Shown: positions 49,697-59,636 of the stretch, piece after piece | How positions within the stretch are numbered: position 1 is the first letter of the stretch | Layout of the letters: each line of letters opens with the position of its first letter | DNA from: an uncultured archaeon | GTDB lineage: Archaea; Iainarchaeota; Iainarchaeia; Iainarchaeales; 1-14-0-10-31-34 | Reading direction: 5' to 3' | Assembly: GCA_964608675.1 (NCBI GenBank) | Contig: CAZSOZ010000001.1 | Coordinates: forward strand, 128,001 to 192,000 | DNA length: 64,000 bases | The notes under the pieces: generated by a model | What the model saw: only the letters and a program-made list of their open reading frames with translations | Told to the model about the DNA's origin: nothing | The model's database searches: none | Position numbers and translations under genes: made by a program

Positions 49697-49983
49697 AAAT
49701 CCACACCAACCGTCCTTTTAATTAATTCTCTTAAATCCGTTTCCTTTCCCTTAGAGGACAAGGTAATCAAAACCGGAGTAATAAGTTTTTCTAAAATTCT
49801 TTTTGTTTTCATATTCATTTTATTCATTTCTTCCTGTTCAATTACAATTACTCCAAAATTTTTGTTTTCCAAAACTTTTTCCATTGTATCATCAAAACTG
49901 TTTTCAACTGCAAAAGTGTTTTTTACTCCTGCAAGCCTAAAACCAGTTACAAAATTATCTGTTCCCACTACTGCGATTTCCAT
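49687..49983 (-). CDS. atpF: A-type ATP synthase subunit F
   Basis: IAVVG...GFRLAGV...VGVDL. Confidence 0.93.
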   Translation of the reverse strand: MEIAVVGTDNFVTGFRLAGVKNTFAVENSFDDTMEKVLENKNFGVIVIEQEEMNKMNMKTKRILEKLITPVLITLSSKGKETDLRELIKRTVGVDLWK

Positions 49984-49984
49984 T

Positions 49985-50887
49985 TCAAAACACCAATTGT
50001 TGTTCAATTAACTCCTGAGGCAAACCAGAATGCTTGCCTCTTGAAATAATCCTCAAATTATCTGCTTCGTTTTCTTTGGCAAAAAAAAAGCCGATTACCG
50101 GAGCAGTGCTTCTTTCAAATTTATTAACCATGCTTCTTCCTTTTTCAGAAAGCTTTTGCCTTAATTCAATTCTTGCTGTTTTAATGTCCTTTAATTCTTT
50201 ATTTTTTTGTTTTTTTTCTGATTCAATGATTTTTTTTAATTCAATTTTTGTTTCCTTTGACCTCGCTTCATTTAATTCATCCAAACCTTTTGCTTTCAGA
50301 ATATAAAGATCTTTTACTTTTCCTTCAGAAGAATTAATTCTTTTTCTGAAATAATCCAAATCAAGTTCGTCTTCTAATTCAGTTAAATTGTTTTTATGTT
50401 TTTTCATTGTCTCATAATATTCTGTTTTTTTAAAGAATTCAACTGCATCTTCAACTGAATTTGATTCTTTTGCAGTTTTTTTCAGGAATTCCTCTGAAAA
50501 TTCTCCTGCAGGAACAAGGTTTTGAATTATTTCTTCAGCGGATTCATTTGACTGCTTTCCTCTCAAAATTGTTTTAATGTTCCATATATCATATTTTCTT
50601 AAAAACAATTTTATTGATTCCCTTGAATCCTTTAAAGAAAAATCAAGGACTTTCTTGAATGAGTTTGCAAGATTTTTGTTTAATGCATATTCAATTAAAT
50701 CTGCTCCTTCATATTGTGTTCCAAGTTCGTCAATTTCTTTTTTGTATGTTGTTTCCTGAAGATATCTTGCAATTTGATCCAAAGACATCTTTAAAAGTTT
50801 TGAGTATTCTTCAGAAGGAATGAGTTTTGATTTCATTACCCTGACTCTGGTGTTAGTGTAAGCATACCCAAAACCTTTTGCAGTCAT
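49985..50887 (-). CDS. atpC: A-type ATP synthase subunit C
   Basis: YAYTNTRVRVMKSKL, DIWNIKTILRGK. Confidence 0.92.
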   Translation of the reverse strand: MTAKGFGYAYTNTRVRVMKSKLIPSEEYSKLLKMSLDQIARYLQETTYKKEIDELGTQYEGADLIEYALNKNLANSFKKVLDFSLKDSRESIKLFLRKYDIWNIKTILRGKQSNESAEEIIQNLVPAGEFSEEFLKKTAKESNSVEDAVEFFKKTEYYETMKKHKNNLTELEDELDLDYFRKRINSSEGKVKDLYILKAKGLDELNEARSKETKIELKKIIESEKKQKNKELKDIKTARIELRQKLSEKGRSMVNKFERSTAPVIGFFFAKENEADNLRIISRGKHSGLPQELIEQQLVF

Positions 50888-51444
50888 TCTCCAAACACCC
50901 TCAAAGAAATTTCACTAATGTTTTTTTCTTTTACTTTTTCCAAAATTACATCAAAGGTTTGATCTGAACGGATTGTTCCTTCAGAGTTCTCCAAAACAAA
51001 ACCTCCAATACAATCAATGCTGTCCTTGAATTTTAATCCTGAAAGCCCGGAAACAAGCTTTTTGTCTTTGGTCCTGCAATAAAAATATTCTGCATCCACT
51101 TCCTTTTTTCCTTTTAAAAGAAGTTTCTTCAGAATTTTTTCGTATTCTTTCTGCGAAATCCTGTTTAATGACTGTTTTGCTTCATTAAAAACTTCATCGA
51201 CAACTTCCTTTTTTGCATTCAACGACTGTTTTTTCATTGAAAGCTTCAAAGAAGCCAGCTCAGTTTTTTCCATAGAAGAAAGTATTTCGTTTGTTTTTTT
51301 GACTGTTTTTTCTCTGGATTTACTGATTTTTTCTTTTGTTTTATCAAGCATTTCTTTTGCTTGATTTTTTCCTTCTTGGATTATTTGACTGGATTTCCTT
51401 TCAGTTTCTATATTTATTTCATTTATTACATCTTCTAATGACAT
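50884..51444 (-). CDS. atpE: A-type ATP synthase subunit E
   Basis: Coiled coil plus IGGFVL...DQTF; operon position. Confidence 0.9.
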   Translation of the reverse strand: MSLEDVINEINIETERKSSQIIQEGKNQAKEMLDKTKEKISKSREKTVKKTNEILSSMEKTELASLKLSMKKQSLNAKKEVVDEVFNEAKQSLNRISQKEYEKILKKLLLKGKKEVDAEYFYCRTKDKKLVSGLSGLKFKDSIDCIGGFVLENSEGTIRSDQTFDVILEKVKEKNISEISLRVFGE

Positions 51445-51460
51445 AAAAAAACCTTTTATT

Positions 51461-51697
51461 TTATGCTGGAGCCGGAGCCAATCCTAAAATCATGATTGCT
51501 ACAACTAAACCAAAAATAACAATTGTTTCAGGAATAACTGTCAGGATTAATGCTTTTCCAAATAATTCTTCTTTTTCAGCCATTGCACCAACAGCAGCAG
51601 TTCCAATTTCTTTTTCTGCTATTGCTGCTGCAAAAGCACTTCCTGCAATTGCAATTCCTGCTCCGATTGCAATCAAACCTAATTCTAATTCAACCAT
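51461..51697 (-). CDS. atpK: A-type ATP synthase proteolipid c/K
   Basis: AIAEKEIG...IPETIVIFGL. Confidence 0.95.
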   Translation of the reverse strand: MVELELGLIAIGAGIAIAGSAFAAAIAEKEIGTAAVGAMAEKEELFGKALILTVIPETIVIFGLVVAIMILGLAPAPA

Positions 51698-51732
51698 AGT
51701 TTTTTCCTCCTTTTAAGTTGAAAAACGTAAAC

Positions 51733-53529
51733 TTAATTTTCTGCTCCAAAAGGCAGAAACCTTTTTCCTCCTCCTTTATAAAATTTACCAAAAAATTCAA
51801 CATAATGAAGCCTTAAAGAATGCAAAAAAGGACCTATTAAACCTAATAAAATGTTTACTGTGTGCCCTAACAGCAAAACCAAAATTGCTGCACCAATCAT
51901 TAAGCCTCCCTGATGAAAGAATTCTGTAGCAAACTCATTAATTATTAAAGCCAACTGGACTGAAGCAAGACCTACTGCAAACAGCCTTGCATAAGACAAA
52001 GTATTGCTTAAAATTGAAGGCAGTTCAACCAAACCCTGAACTCCTTCTCCTTTAAACAAAAAAATTATTCCTGCCAGCAAAAAAAATCCTCCTAAAATAT
52101 TTCCAAAAGAAGTTAAACCTAAAATCATTTCAGAAATAACCAAAAGACCTCCTGTTTCAATAACCAACCAGCTTCCTTTTTCCAAAAAAGCTTCCTTTAA
52201 GCCGTGCTGAATAAAAACATTATAAAAACCTACAAGAAAACCCAAAGTAATATGAATTAAACCAACAATAATTGAAATCAAAAGCATTGTATTTAAATCA
52301 TGTGCTCTGTTAAGCAAAGGATGCTCTACAAATTCAAAGCCAAACGCTTCCCCAAAAACAAACCCAAAAAAAATTGTTGCCAGAGAAGCAACAATCAAAG
52401 AATTAACTAAAAGTTTTCCTTCTCCTTTTAATTTGCTTCTCAAAAAAAGGAATGCAATCAAAGTTGTTATGCCGTACCCTACATCTCCAAGCATGAAACC
52501 AAAAAACAACGGAAAAGTCAAAAAAACAAGAAATGTAGGGTCAATTTCAGAATATTTCGGCAGAGAATAAAGATTCATAAAAAACTCAAACGGCTTGACA
52601 AGAGAAGGATTCTCCAAAGAAGTTGGAGCGCCCTTCCTTTCATTAAAAGTTTCAATAAAAATTTTGTCTTTAGTTAAATGCCTTAACCTGTATTCAATTT
52701 CTTTGGCTTTTATTTCAGGAATCCAGCCGTCAATAAAAAAAGCGTTTTCAGTTACCCCAAACTTTAAAGGAACTTCAAGTTTTTCGTTTTCTTTTTCTAA
52801 ATTAAATTCATAGTCAACCAAAAACTGTCCTTCTTTTTCTTTTAAAGAATTTAATTTATTTTTCATTAAATCAAGCCGGTTTTCAACTGAATTCAATTCA
52901 GACTTAAGTGAATCCAAACCGGCTGAATTTTCAAAATGAAGTTCACTAAAACCTTTTTCAGACAACAAAGACTGAATTTTTTCTTTGAACTTGTTTGAAA
53001 CAAACAAAGCAACAACTTTTTTTCCTTGAAAATCAGAAGAAAACAATTCAAAGTCTTTTGTAATTTTTTGGATTTCCTGTTCAATTAAAGGCTTTTTTAT
53101 TGTTCCCTTAAAAACTGCAACAGAATCATAACCAGAAAAATCAGAAAAAGAAAGATTCAAAGAAGACAAAGGTTCAATTGAAGACTTAATTGAATTCAAA
53201 TAACTTTTTCTTTCATTCAAAGAAGAAATACTTGAACTGATTTCAGAATACTCTGAATTAACTCTGCCGAACCTTGCATCACAAACAGATAAATCCTTTA
53301 TTGTTCTTGGATTTAAATCCAAATTTAACTGGCTTATCATAGACCTTAATTTAATTAATTTCTCTGAAACAGTTTCTGCTTCAGCAAAAGAATTGCCTGT
53401 TTCAAATTCTTTTCCACGATAATCAATTAAATGCATTAATTTCATTGCATGGAGTTCATTAATTAAATTCCTTAATTTATTTTTAGGGCCGGTTATTCTT
53501 ATTTTAGACATTTTTTGTGTTCTAATCAT
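51733..53529 (-). CDS. atpI: A-type ATP synthase subunit I/a
   Basis: FFGFMLGDVGYG, SYARL, HSLRLHYVEFF. Confidence 0.95.
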   Translation of the reverse strand: MIRTQKMSKIRITGPKNKLRNLINELHAMKLMHLIDYRGKEFETGNSFAEAETVSEKLIKLRSMISQLNLDLNPRTIKDLSVCDARFGRVNSEYSEISSSISSLNERKSYLNSIKSSIEPLSSLNLSFSDFSGYDSVAVFKGTIKKPLIEQEIQKITKDFELFSSDFQGKKVVALFVSNKFKEKIQSLLSEKGFSELHFENSAGLDSLKSELNSVENRLDLMKNKLNSLKEKEGQFLVDYEFNLEKENEKLEVPLKFGVTENAFFIDGWIPEIKAKEIEYRLRHLTKDKIFIETFNERKGAPTSLENPSLVKPFEFFMNLYSLPKYSEIDPTFLVFLTFPLFFGFMLGDVGYGITTLIAFLFLRSKLKGEGKLLVNSLIVASLATIFFGFVFGEAFGFEFVEHPLLNRAHDLNTMLLISIIVGLIHITLGFLVGFYNVFIQHGLKEAFLEKGSWLVIETGGLLVISEMILGLTSFGNILGGFFLLAGIIFLFKGEGVQGLVELPSILSNTLSYARLFAVGLASVQLALIINEFATEFFHQGGLMIGAAILVLLLGHTVNILLGLIGPFLHSLRLHYVEFFGKFYKGGGKRFLPFGAEN

Positions 53530-53546
53530 AAAAACACTTTTTTTAT

Positions 53547-53882
53547 TCAGGAAAAAACTTCTTCTGAAAACTTTTTTACAATAAATTTTGCTTCAGGCTT
53601 GACTTTCTTTAAAGCAGAATTTTTTATTGAATCAATTGAAGAAAGATTCTTTTGAATTAATTTTTCTTTTTCTGCGTGAATTTTTTGTTTTGCTTTGCTT
53701 ATTTCTTTTTCTCGAAATTCATTGTCTTCAGTGTCTGCTTTAGAAATTAATTCAATTGACTTGTTTCTTGCATCATCAATTATCTGATGTTTCTTTTTTT
53801 CTGCTTCTTCAAGTTTTTTCTTTGAAGCTTCTTCTATTTCTTTAATTCTAGAGAGTGTTTCCTGCGACAAAAGGCTCACCAA
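53547..53882 (-). CDS. atpH: A-type ATP synthase subunit H/G
   Basis: Charged helical protein; first gene of the atp operon. Confidence 0.8.
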   Translation of the reverse strand: MVSLLSQETLSRIKEIEEASKKKLEEAEKKKHQIIDDARNKSIELISKADTEDNEFREKEISKAKQKIHAEKEKLIQKNLSSIDSIKNSALKKVKPEAKFIVKKFSEEVFS

Positions 53883-54025
53883 ACTTTACGCTATGCGTAA
53901 ATCCTTGTAAAAAAAATAGAATATCAAAAGATTTAAAGGCTTTATTATGATTTTAAGCCAGTTAACTATAAAAAAAAGAAGCACCACTATTTTTAAGAAG
54001 AAATTAATTTTTTTGAGGTGTAGTA

Positions 54026-54217
54026 ATGGCTGTAAAAATAGTTCATGAAATAGAAAAATGCATTGGATGCGGAGCCTGTGCGGCTGTCTGTCCAGACAAC
54101 TGGGAAATGGCAGGAGACAAAAGCAAACCAAAAAAAACCGAATTAGAAGAAATCGGATGCAACAAAGAAGCAGAAGAAGGCTGTCCAGTAAACTGCATTC
54201 ACGTAAAAGAAGAATAA
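54026..54217 (+). CDS. Ferredoxin
   Basis: CIGCGACAAVCP...CPVNCI. Confidence 0.92.
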   Translation: MAVKIVHEIEKCIGCGACAAVCPDNWEMAGDKSKPKKTELEEIGCNKEAEEGCPVNCIHVKEE

Positions 54218-54235
54218 AATTCTTCTTTTCTATTT

Positions 54236-54856
54236 CTATTTTTTATTAAAAAATTCAACTAAAAAGAAAGCAAGCAAAACAAAAACCAAAGAAGAAAGTA
54301 AAGTAAAATAAAACATGAAATTAAGTGAATAACAGGGAAGAACCGGATGAGTCCCAAAAAAATAATCAGAAAAATCGTTTGCCAGAAAAAAAATTAAAAC
54401 AGGAACCAAATAAAAAAAATTAAACCTGATTTTTTTTATTAGCAAAAAGGATTCAAAAAAAAGAAAAATATGAGCAAGCAGTAAAACAGAATACATAAAC
54501 CAAGTCTCAGAAGTAAAATAATAATTGTTATAAAACAATAAAATAAAAACCGTCCAAAAACCATATTTTAAGGATCCAACCAAAGAAAAAAAGAAAAGCA
54601 AAGAAACCTCTTTTTTTATGATAATCAAAAAAAACGAGAAAGCCATTAACAAAGAAAATAAAGGGCAGTCAGGAACAAACAGCCATAAATTAAATGGAGT
54701 CTGCAGAAATTGTTTTCCGTAATAAAAAATAAAGCCGTATAATGCTCCAAAAAAATTTGCAAGAATTAAAAAAATCAAAACTTTATTTGAAGAAAAAATT
54801 TTTCTTAAAAAAACTGAAAGAAAATTTTTTTGCATAAAAAAAAATGAAACAACCAT
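54236..54856 (-). CDS. DUF1405 membrane protein
   Basis: FVPDCP, KYGFWT, NDFSDY..GTHP. Confidence 0.8.
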   Translation of the reverse strand: MVVSFFFMQKNFLSVFLRKIFSSNKVLIFLILANFFGALYGFIFYYGKQFLQTPFNLWLFVPDCPLFSLLMAFSFFLIIIKKEVSLLFFFSLVGSLKYGFWTVFILLFYNNYYFTSETWFMYSVLLLAHIFLFFESFLLIKKIRFNFFYLVPVLIFFLANDFSDYFFGTHPVLPCYSLNFMFYFTLLSSLVFVLLAFFLVEFFNKK

Positions 54857-54943
54857 TATTAATGATTTTTCAAGCGCCCTTTTTTTTCCTGTTTTATTCA
54901 GGTTTTTTTTAATGTTTTTAAAAGTTTGCGTTTATAATTTGTA

Positions 54944-55217
54944 TGCGGGCTAGGCTGGAGAGACAGCAGTTCTTTGTAACCTGAAATCTGCTTCAGCAGG
55001 AGCCGAAGCTCTGGGGAAGGATTTAATTTAAGAACAAGAATCTTTAACTGATTCAATGAACTTCTGCCCCCTAAGATTGAGCTTTAAAGTCAACCCGTCA
55101 GATTCGGAAGAAAGCAGCGGAAATTTTAGTGTTCAATGCTTTTGGGATCACGGAAGCAAGAACAATTAAAGGCTAATTCTTTTTCTTGAATTGATTCGAC
55201 TCCAGAGTGCGCCCGCA
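54944..55217 (+). ncRNA. ffs: Archaeal SRP (7S) RNA
   Basis: TGCGGGC/GCCCGCA terminal helix; Alu TGTAAC motif; helix 8 CCGTCAG-ATTC-GGAA-GAA-AGCAGCGG. Confidence 0.9.
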
Positions 55218-55391
55218 CTTTTGATTTTAATTCTAAAAAAATTCGGAAAACAACTTGTTTTTTGTTTTGGTTATTTTTGTCTTTTTTTTAGAAAAATGAT
55301 TGAAAAACTGAAGGGAAAGGAATTTAAAGGAGAAATGAGAAATCCATACAATTAATGATTATTTTAAACTTAAAAAGGAGGGAAAAAATAA

Positions 55392-55754
55392 ATGAATTTA
55401 GAACAAATAGGAGAACTTGCATTCATTTTAGGTGTAATTATTGCAGTAATAGCAGGAGTTGCAATAGACTACCTAGGAGATGCTGCAGGGTGGATTCCTT
55501 TAATATTAGTAATTTTAGGAATAATCGTTGGATTACTAAACATTAAAGACAAAGAAACCACTCCGTTTTTAATTGCATCAATTGCATTGCTTGCAACAGG
55601 AGCAATAAGCACTTTTAAAGCAATAGATTCCGTGGCAAGCCCATTAGGGTCAATTCTAGCAAACATTTTCGGAAACGTTGCAGTATTTGTTGCACCAGCA
55701 GCAGTAATAGTAGCAATAGTTGCAATCTATAATCTTTCAGTAAAAAACGTTTAA
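55392..55754 (+). CDS. Small multi-TM membrane protein
   Basis: Hydrophobic 120 aa; LGIIVGLLNIKDKE. Confidence 0.8.
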   Translation: MNLEQIGELAFILGVIIAVIAGVAIDYLGDAAGWIPLILVILGIIVGLLNIKDKETTPFLIASIALLATGAISTFKAIDSVASPLGSILANIFGNVAVFVAPAAVIVAIVAIYNLSVKNV

Positions 55755-55792
55755 AAAAGCCGAAAGGCTTTTTTTTCTATTTCTTTTTTTTT
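55754..55792 (+). terminator. Hairpin plus poly-T terminator
   Basis: AAAAAAGCC-GAAA-GGCTTTTTT followed by T runs. Confidence 0.7.
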
Positions 55793-55851
55793 TCAACAAA
55801 CAAGTATTTAAATGAGAAACTGCTTTTTAATTAAAGAAGAAAGTGATTTAA

Positions 55852-56673
55852 ATGACAGAAAACGTTGAAATTAAAGAAGACTTAGGAATCAAAAAAAAAG
55901 AAGAAATCAAAGAAAAAAAAACACCCGAAATAAAACAAGAAAAAAAAAGAAAAACAGAAAAAGAAAGTTTTTTGGGATTTAAAAGAATTCCTTCAGGAAT
56001 TTTTGGTTTTGACGAATTAATTGAAGGAGGACTAGAAAAAAATTCAACTATTCTTGTAACCGGAAGCGCAGGAACAGGAAAAACTACTTTTGGATTACAG
56101 TTCTTGTATTACGGAGCAAAAGAATTCAATGAACCAGGAATTTTAATTAGCTTTGAAGAAAGCAAAGAAAGTTATTACAAGCATACAAAAGAATACGGAT
56201 GGAATTTTGAAGAACTAGAAAAACAAGGAAAATTCAAAGTATTAGAATACAAGCCTCATCAAGTTGGAAGATTATTGGAACAAGGCGGAGGGCCAATAAA
56301 AGACGCAATACACCAAATGAACGCCAAACGGCTGGTTATTGATTCAATTACTGCTTATGCTTTATTGTTTAAAGACGAATATCAGCAAAGAGAAAATATT
56401 TTGAGGTTTTTTGAATTAATAAAAAAATGGGACTGCACTTCAATTATAATAAGCGAAATGTCTCCAAAAGAAACAGAAACAGCAAAAGGCTCTGTTGGGT
56501 TTCTGGTTGATGCAGTGATTTCATTGTACTACGAAAAAAAAGAAGACAAAGATGTAAGAGTGCATTCACTTGAAATACTGAAAATGAGGGGAACCAAACA
56601 CACAAACAAAGTTTGCGCATTAAATTTTGAAAAGGAAGGAATAAAAATTTATGCAGACATAGAAATATTTTGA
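55852..56673 (+). CDS. KaiC/RAD55-like RecA-family ATPase
   Basis: GSAGTGKT, SFEE, VIDSI, KMRGTKH. Confidence 0.9.
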   Translation: MTENVEIKEDLGIKKKEEIKEKKTPEIKQEKKRKTEKESFLGFKRIPSGIFGFDELIEGGLEKNSTILVTGSAGTGKTTFGLQFLYYGAKEFNEPGILISFEESKESYYKHTKEYGWNFEELEKQGKFKVLEYKPHQVGRLLEQGGGPIKDAIHQMNAKRLVIDSITAYALLFKDEYQQRENILRFFELIKKWDCTSIIISEMSPKETETAKGSVGFLVDAVISLYYEKKEDKDVRVHSLEILKMRGTKHTNKVCALNFEKEGIKIYADIEIF

Positions 56674-56685
56674 GTTGAAAAAAAA

Positions 56686-56907
56686 ATGGAAATCGTAATT
56701 GAGCAGGCATTAAAAGCTGCTTTTTATCTGGCAAGCGGAGCAATACTAATGACTTTTTTTGTTTTAACTTTTGTTGAAGGAATCTTATCTCAAACAACAG
56801 GATATCCTTTGGTTTCAATAGTGTTTTATTTTATTGCAATGACTTCTTTAGGGGCAGCGTTCTGGACTTACATGCAGGCAAAAAAAGTTTTAAGAACCCT
56901 TAATTGA
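56686..56907 (+). CDS. Small two-TM membrane protein
   Basis: 73 aa hydrophobic ORF downstream of the KaiC-like gene. Confidence 0.7.
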   Translation: MEIVIEQALKAAFYLASGAILMTFFVLTFVEGILSQTTGYPLVSIVFYFIAMTSLGAAFWTYMQAKKVLRTLN

Positions 56908-56962
56908 TTTAATTGAAAATAAAAAAACAAACTTTTAAATAGAAGTGTTTTGTAATTAAGTT

Positions 56963-57243
56963 ATGCCTGCAAAAAGACCAAGGAAAACTTCTAAAAAAGA
57001 CAAAGAAAATTTTCTTTTGACCCAAAAAAACACTATAAATTTGATTTAAAAAAACACCTTGAAAGAAGAAGACGCCCGCCTGAATCATTTCTTAATAGAG
57101 CAGGACTTCTGATTGACAAAACAAAATCAATCCCTGAAGTGCATCCAATAGTGGCTCAAAAAGAATTTGGGCTTAATGTAAAGCGTGCCAAGAAAAGAGT
57201 CCCTGCTCTTATAAAAGAAGAAACAGACAAAGGCTTTTTGTGA
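56963..57243 (+). pseudogene. Frameshifted MP-tail basic orphan
   Basis: MPAKRPRKTSKK; one extra A in the A6 run (about 56993) opens about 80 more codons to TGA at 57241. Confidence 0.5.
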
Positions 57244-57442
57244 CAGGAAAGATTAAAGAGAGCAGAAAACAAATAACTTTTTTAGACACTAGAAAAGCAA
57301 TTCATAAATAGGGGTCAAAAAAAAGAGTTACAACCAAAAGAAAACTTTCAAAAAAACATCAAAACTAAATGCTAGAATAAGAAAAGCTTTTGAATAACTC
57401 AAAAAGTATAATAATTCGTTTTGTGTAATAATAAAGGTTTAA

Positions 57443-59632
57443 ATGAACAAAGCACAGGCGTCAGTAGAACTGCTGGTAATACTTGCAATATCAATGATTG
57501 CAATAGGATTAATTCTGGCTTTATCCAATAACGAAATAACCAGCGTGAATTCAATTAAAGCAAATTCTCAAGCACAAAATACTGTAAACAAAATTGCTGG
57601 AACCGCAGAAGAAGTTTATATTTCAGGAACAGGAACAACAAAACAAATTTTTATTTCAATTCCTTCAGGAGTAAACGAAAACAAGACTTTAATTGAAAAC
57701 AAAACAATAAGATTGAATGTAAATGGAACAGATTTAATTGCAGAAACTGGCGTGGAAATAACAGGAAGCATTCCTACAAAAGAAGGAAGCTACTGGATTT
57801 GGATTACAGCAAAAGAAGGATATGTAGTTATTGGAGACATTCAGATTGAAACAGATAAAGGAAGCATTTATTCAGCCTTAGCGCAAAACACTAATTTAAT
57901 AGAAACCATCACTGTAATAAACAACACTAAAGGAAACGCACAAGTTAATGTGAATGTAAACTGGAATGAAACAGAAGTAAATCTTAATACAGAAGAAACT
58001 TTTTTTAGTGTGCCTGCTGACTCAAATTATTCTATTGACTTAAATTTTACTTCCAACAAAAATGCAGTTGGAAATTATACAGGAGAAATAATTTTTAATG
58101 CAGATACAATTGACGGAACAAAACAAATAATTGTTCCAACAACAATTGAAGTAATTACAGGAAATTCAAATCAGCCTTTAATGATTTTTCCTGCAGAGTG
58201 GAATCTGTTAATTGATGCAGGAAGCACTGATTCAAATACATTTCAAGTATGCAATACTTCTTCACAAAAATTAACAAACATTAGCTTTAATGCATCTTCA
58301 GGAGACGCAGGAAACTGGATTCAAAGCATTCCGGAAATAAACAGCCTGTCTGCAAACACCTGCCAAGAAATTATAGTTGAAATAAGTGTTCCTTTGGGAG
58401 CAGAAGACAACACAGGAACAATTACTGCAAGCGACGGAATTAACTCAGATTTTATTGAATTAAATGTAAACGTAAAAGGAATGAAAGACAACTTTAATTT
58501 TTCATGGGATACAGCCTTCTTTTCAGATGACAGCAGGCTGGACAACTGGACAATAGAAAACACAAGTACAACAACAGAAATAATTATTTCAAGAATGAAA
58601 GTAATGGATTGGAGCATAACAGACAACGATAATGTTTTACTGAGAAGAATAAGATTTAATGGTTCAACTTACTGGAATAGATTAACATTAGACGGAGAAT
58701 GGGCAGACATAACAGACTTTACAATTAATTCTTCAACTTCATATTCTTCAAGAAACAGGCTTGTGTTTAACGGAAACGCAAGAAATGACGGAGAATACTA
58801 CAGAATTGAATTCGAGTTTTTGGATGGAACAACATACACTACAGACACTTTTTATTCACAGGACTTGTTTCCGCCGGCAGTTGTATTAGAAGCTCCTGCT
58901 CCAAAATTTGAATCAAATAATTTTACTGTAAGATTTGATTTCAAAACAGAAGACACAGATTCAGGGATTGCATACTGTGAATTAATAATTGACGGGACAA
59001 TTGACCAGACAAACAATTCAATAACAGAAGGAACAACACAAAGTTTTACTAAAACATTTACTGAAAACAAAGAATACGGATGGGATGTAAACTGCGTTGA
59101 CGACTCTGATTCAGCAAACAAAGGAGGAAGCGATGAAAACAGAAGCATTATAATTAATTCAACTCAACCTTCCCCTCCACAAATAATTGCATTCCATGAT
59201 TTTCCTGATTTAAGCTGGAGTTCTGGAACAGGCTGGCTTTATGAATGGTATCACACAGGAGACAGCAGAATAGTTTTCGGCAACTCTTACACAGGAAATT
59301 ATAGTTTAAGATTAAGAAGAGAAACAGGATACATTGACAGAGCAGTAGACTTAAGTGCTTATATTAATCCAAGACTTCAGTTTTGGGCAAAAACAAATGG
59401 ATTTGAACCAGGAGACGAAGCATATGCAATGGTTTCATCAAACGATACAGATTGGACGATACTCAAAACATTCACTTTCAATGAGCCCAACAACACTTAT
59501 GTGTTTTATGATTTTGATTTAAGTTCACTTAATTTAAGCAGTGAATTCTGGATTGCATTCAGTGCAGGAATGAACAACAGAAACGATTACTTTTATGTTG
59601 ATGACATAAACATAATTCAAAGAACTCCGTGA
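57443..59632 (+). CDS. Large pilin-like adhesin with class III signal peptide
   Basis: MNKAQASVELLVIL; Ig-like and jelly-roll-like beta-rich domains. Confidence 0.85.
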   Translation: MNKAQASVELLVILAISMIAIGLILALSNNEITSVNSIKANSQAQNTVNKIAGTAEEVYISGTGTTKQIFISIPSGVNENKTLIENKTIRLNVNGTDLIAETGVEITGSIPTKEGSYWIWITAKEGYVVIGDIQIETDKGSIYSALAQNTNLIETITVINNTKGNAQVNVNVNWNETEVNLNTEETFFSVPADSNYSIDLNFTSNKNAVGNYTGEIIFNADTIDGTKQIIVPTTIEVITGNSNQPLMIFPAEWNLLIDAGSTDSNTFQVCNTSSQKLTNISFNASSGDAGNWIQSIPEINSLSANTCQEIIVEISVPLGAEDNTGTITASDGINSDFIELNVNVKGMKDNFNFSWDTAFFSDDSRLDNWTIENTSTTTEIIISRMKVMDWSITDNDNVLLRRIRFNGSTYWNRLTLDGEWADITDFTINSSTSYSSRNRLVFNGNARNDGEYYRIEFEFLDGTTYTTDTFYSQDLFPPAVVLEAPAPKFESNNFTVRFDFKTEDTDSGIAYCELIIDGTIDQTNNSITEGTTQSFTKTFTENKEYGWDVNCVDDSDSANKGGSDENRSIIINSTQPSPPQIIAFHDFPDLSWSSGTGWLYEWYHTGDSRIVFGNSYTGNYSLRLRRETGYIDRAVDLSAYINPRLQFWAKTNGFEPGDEAYAMVSSNDTDWTILKTFTFNEPNNTYVFYDFDLSSLNLSSEFWIAFSAGMNNRNDYFYVDDINIIQRTP

Positions 59633-59636
59633 TTAA

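Noticed and set aside
54944-55217. RNase P RNA
   Set aside because: No GAGGAAAGTCC/P4 motifs; the Alu and helix 8 signatures identify SRP RNA.
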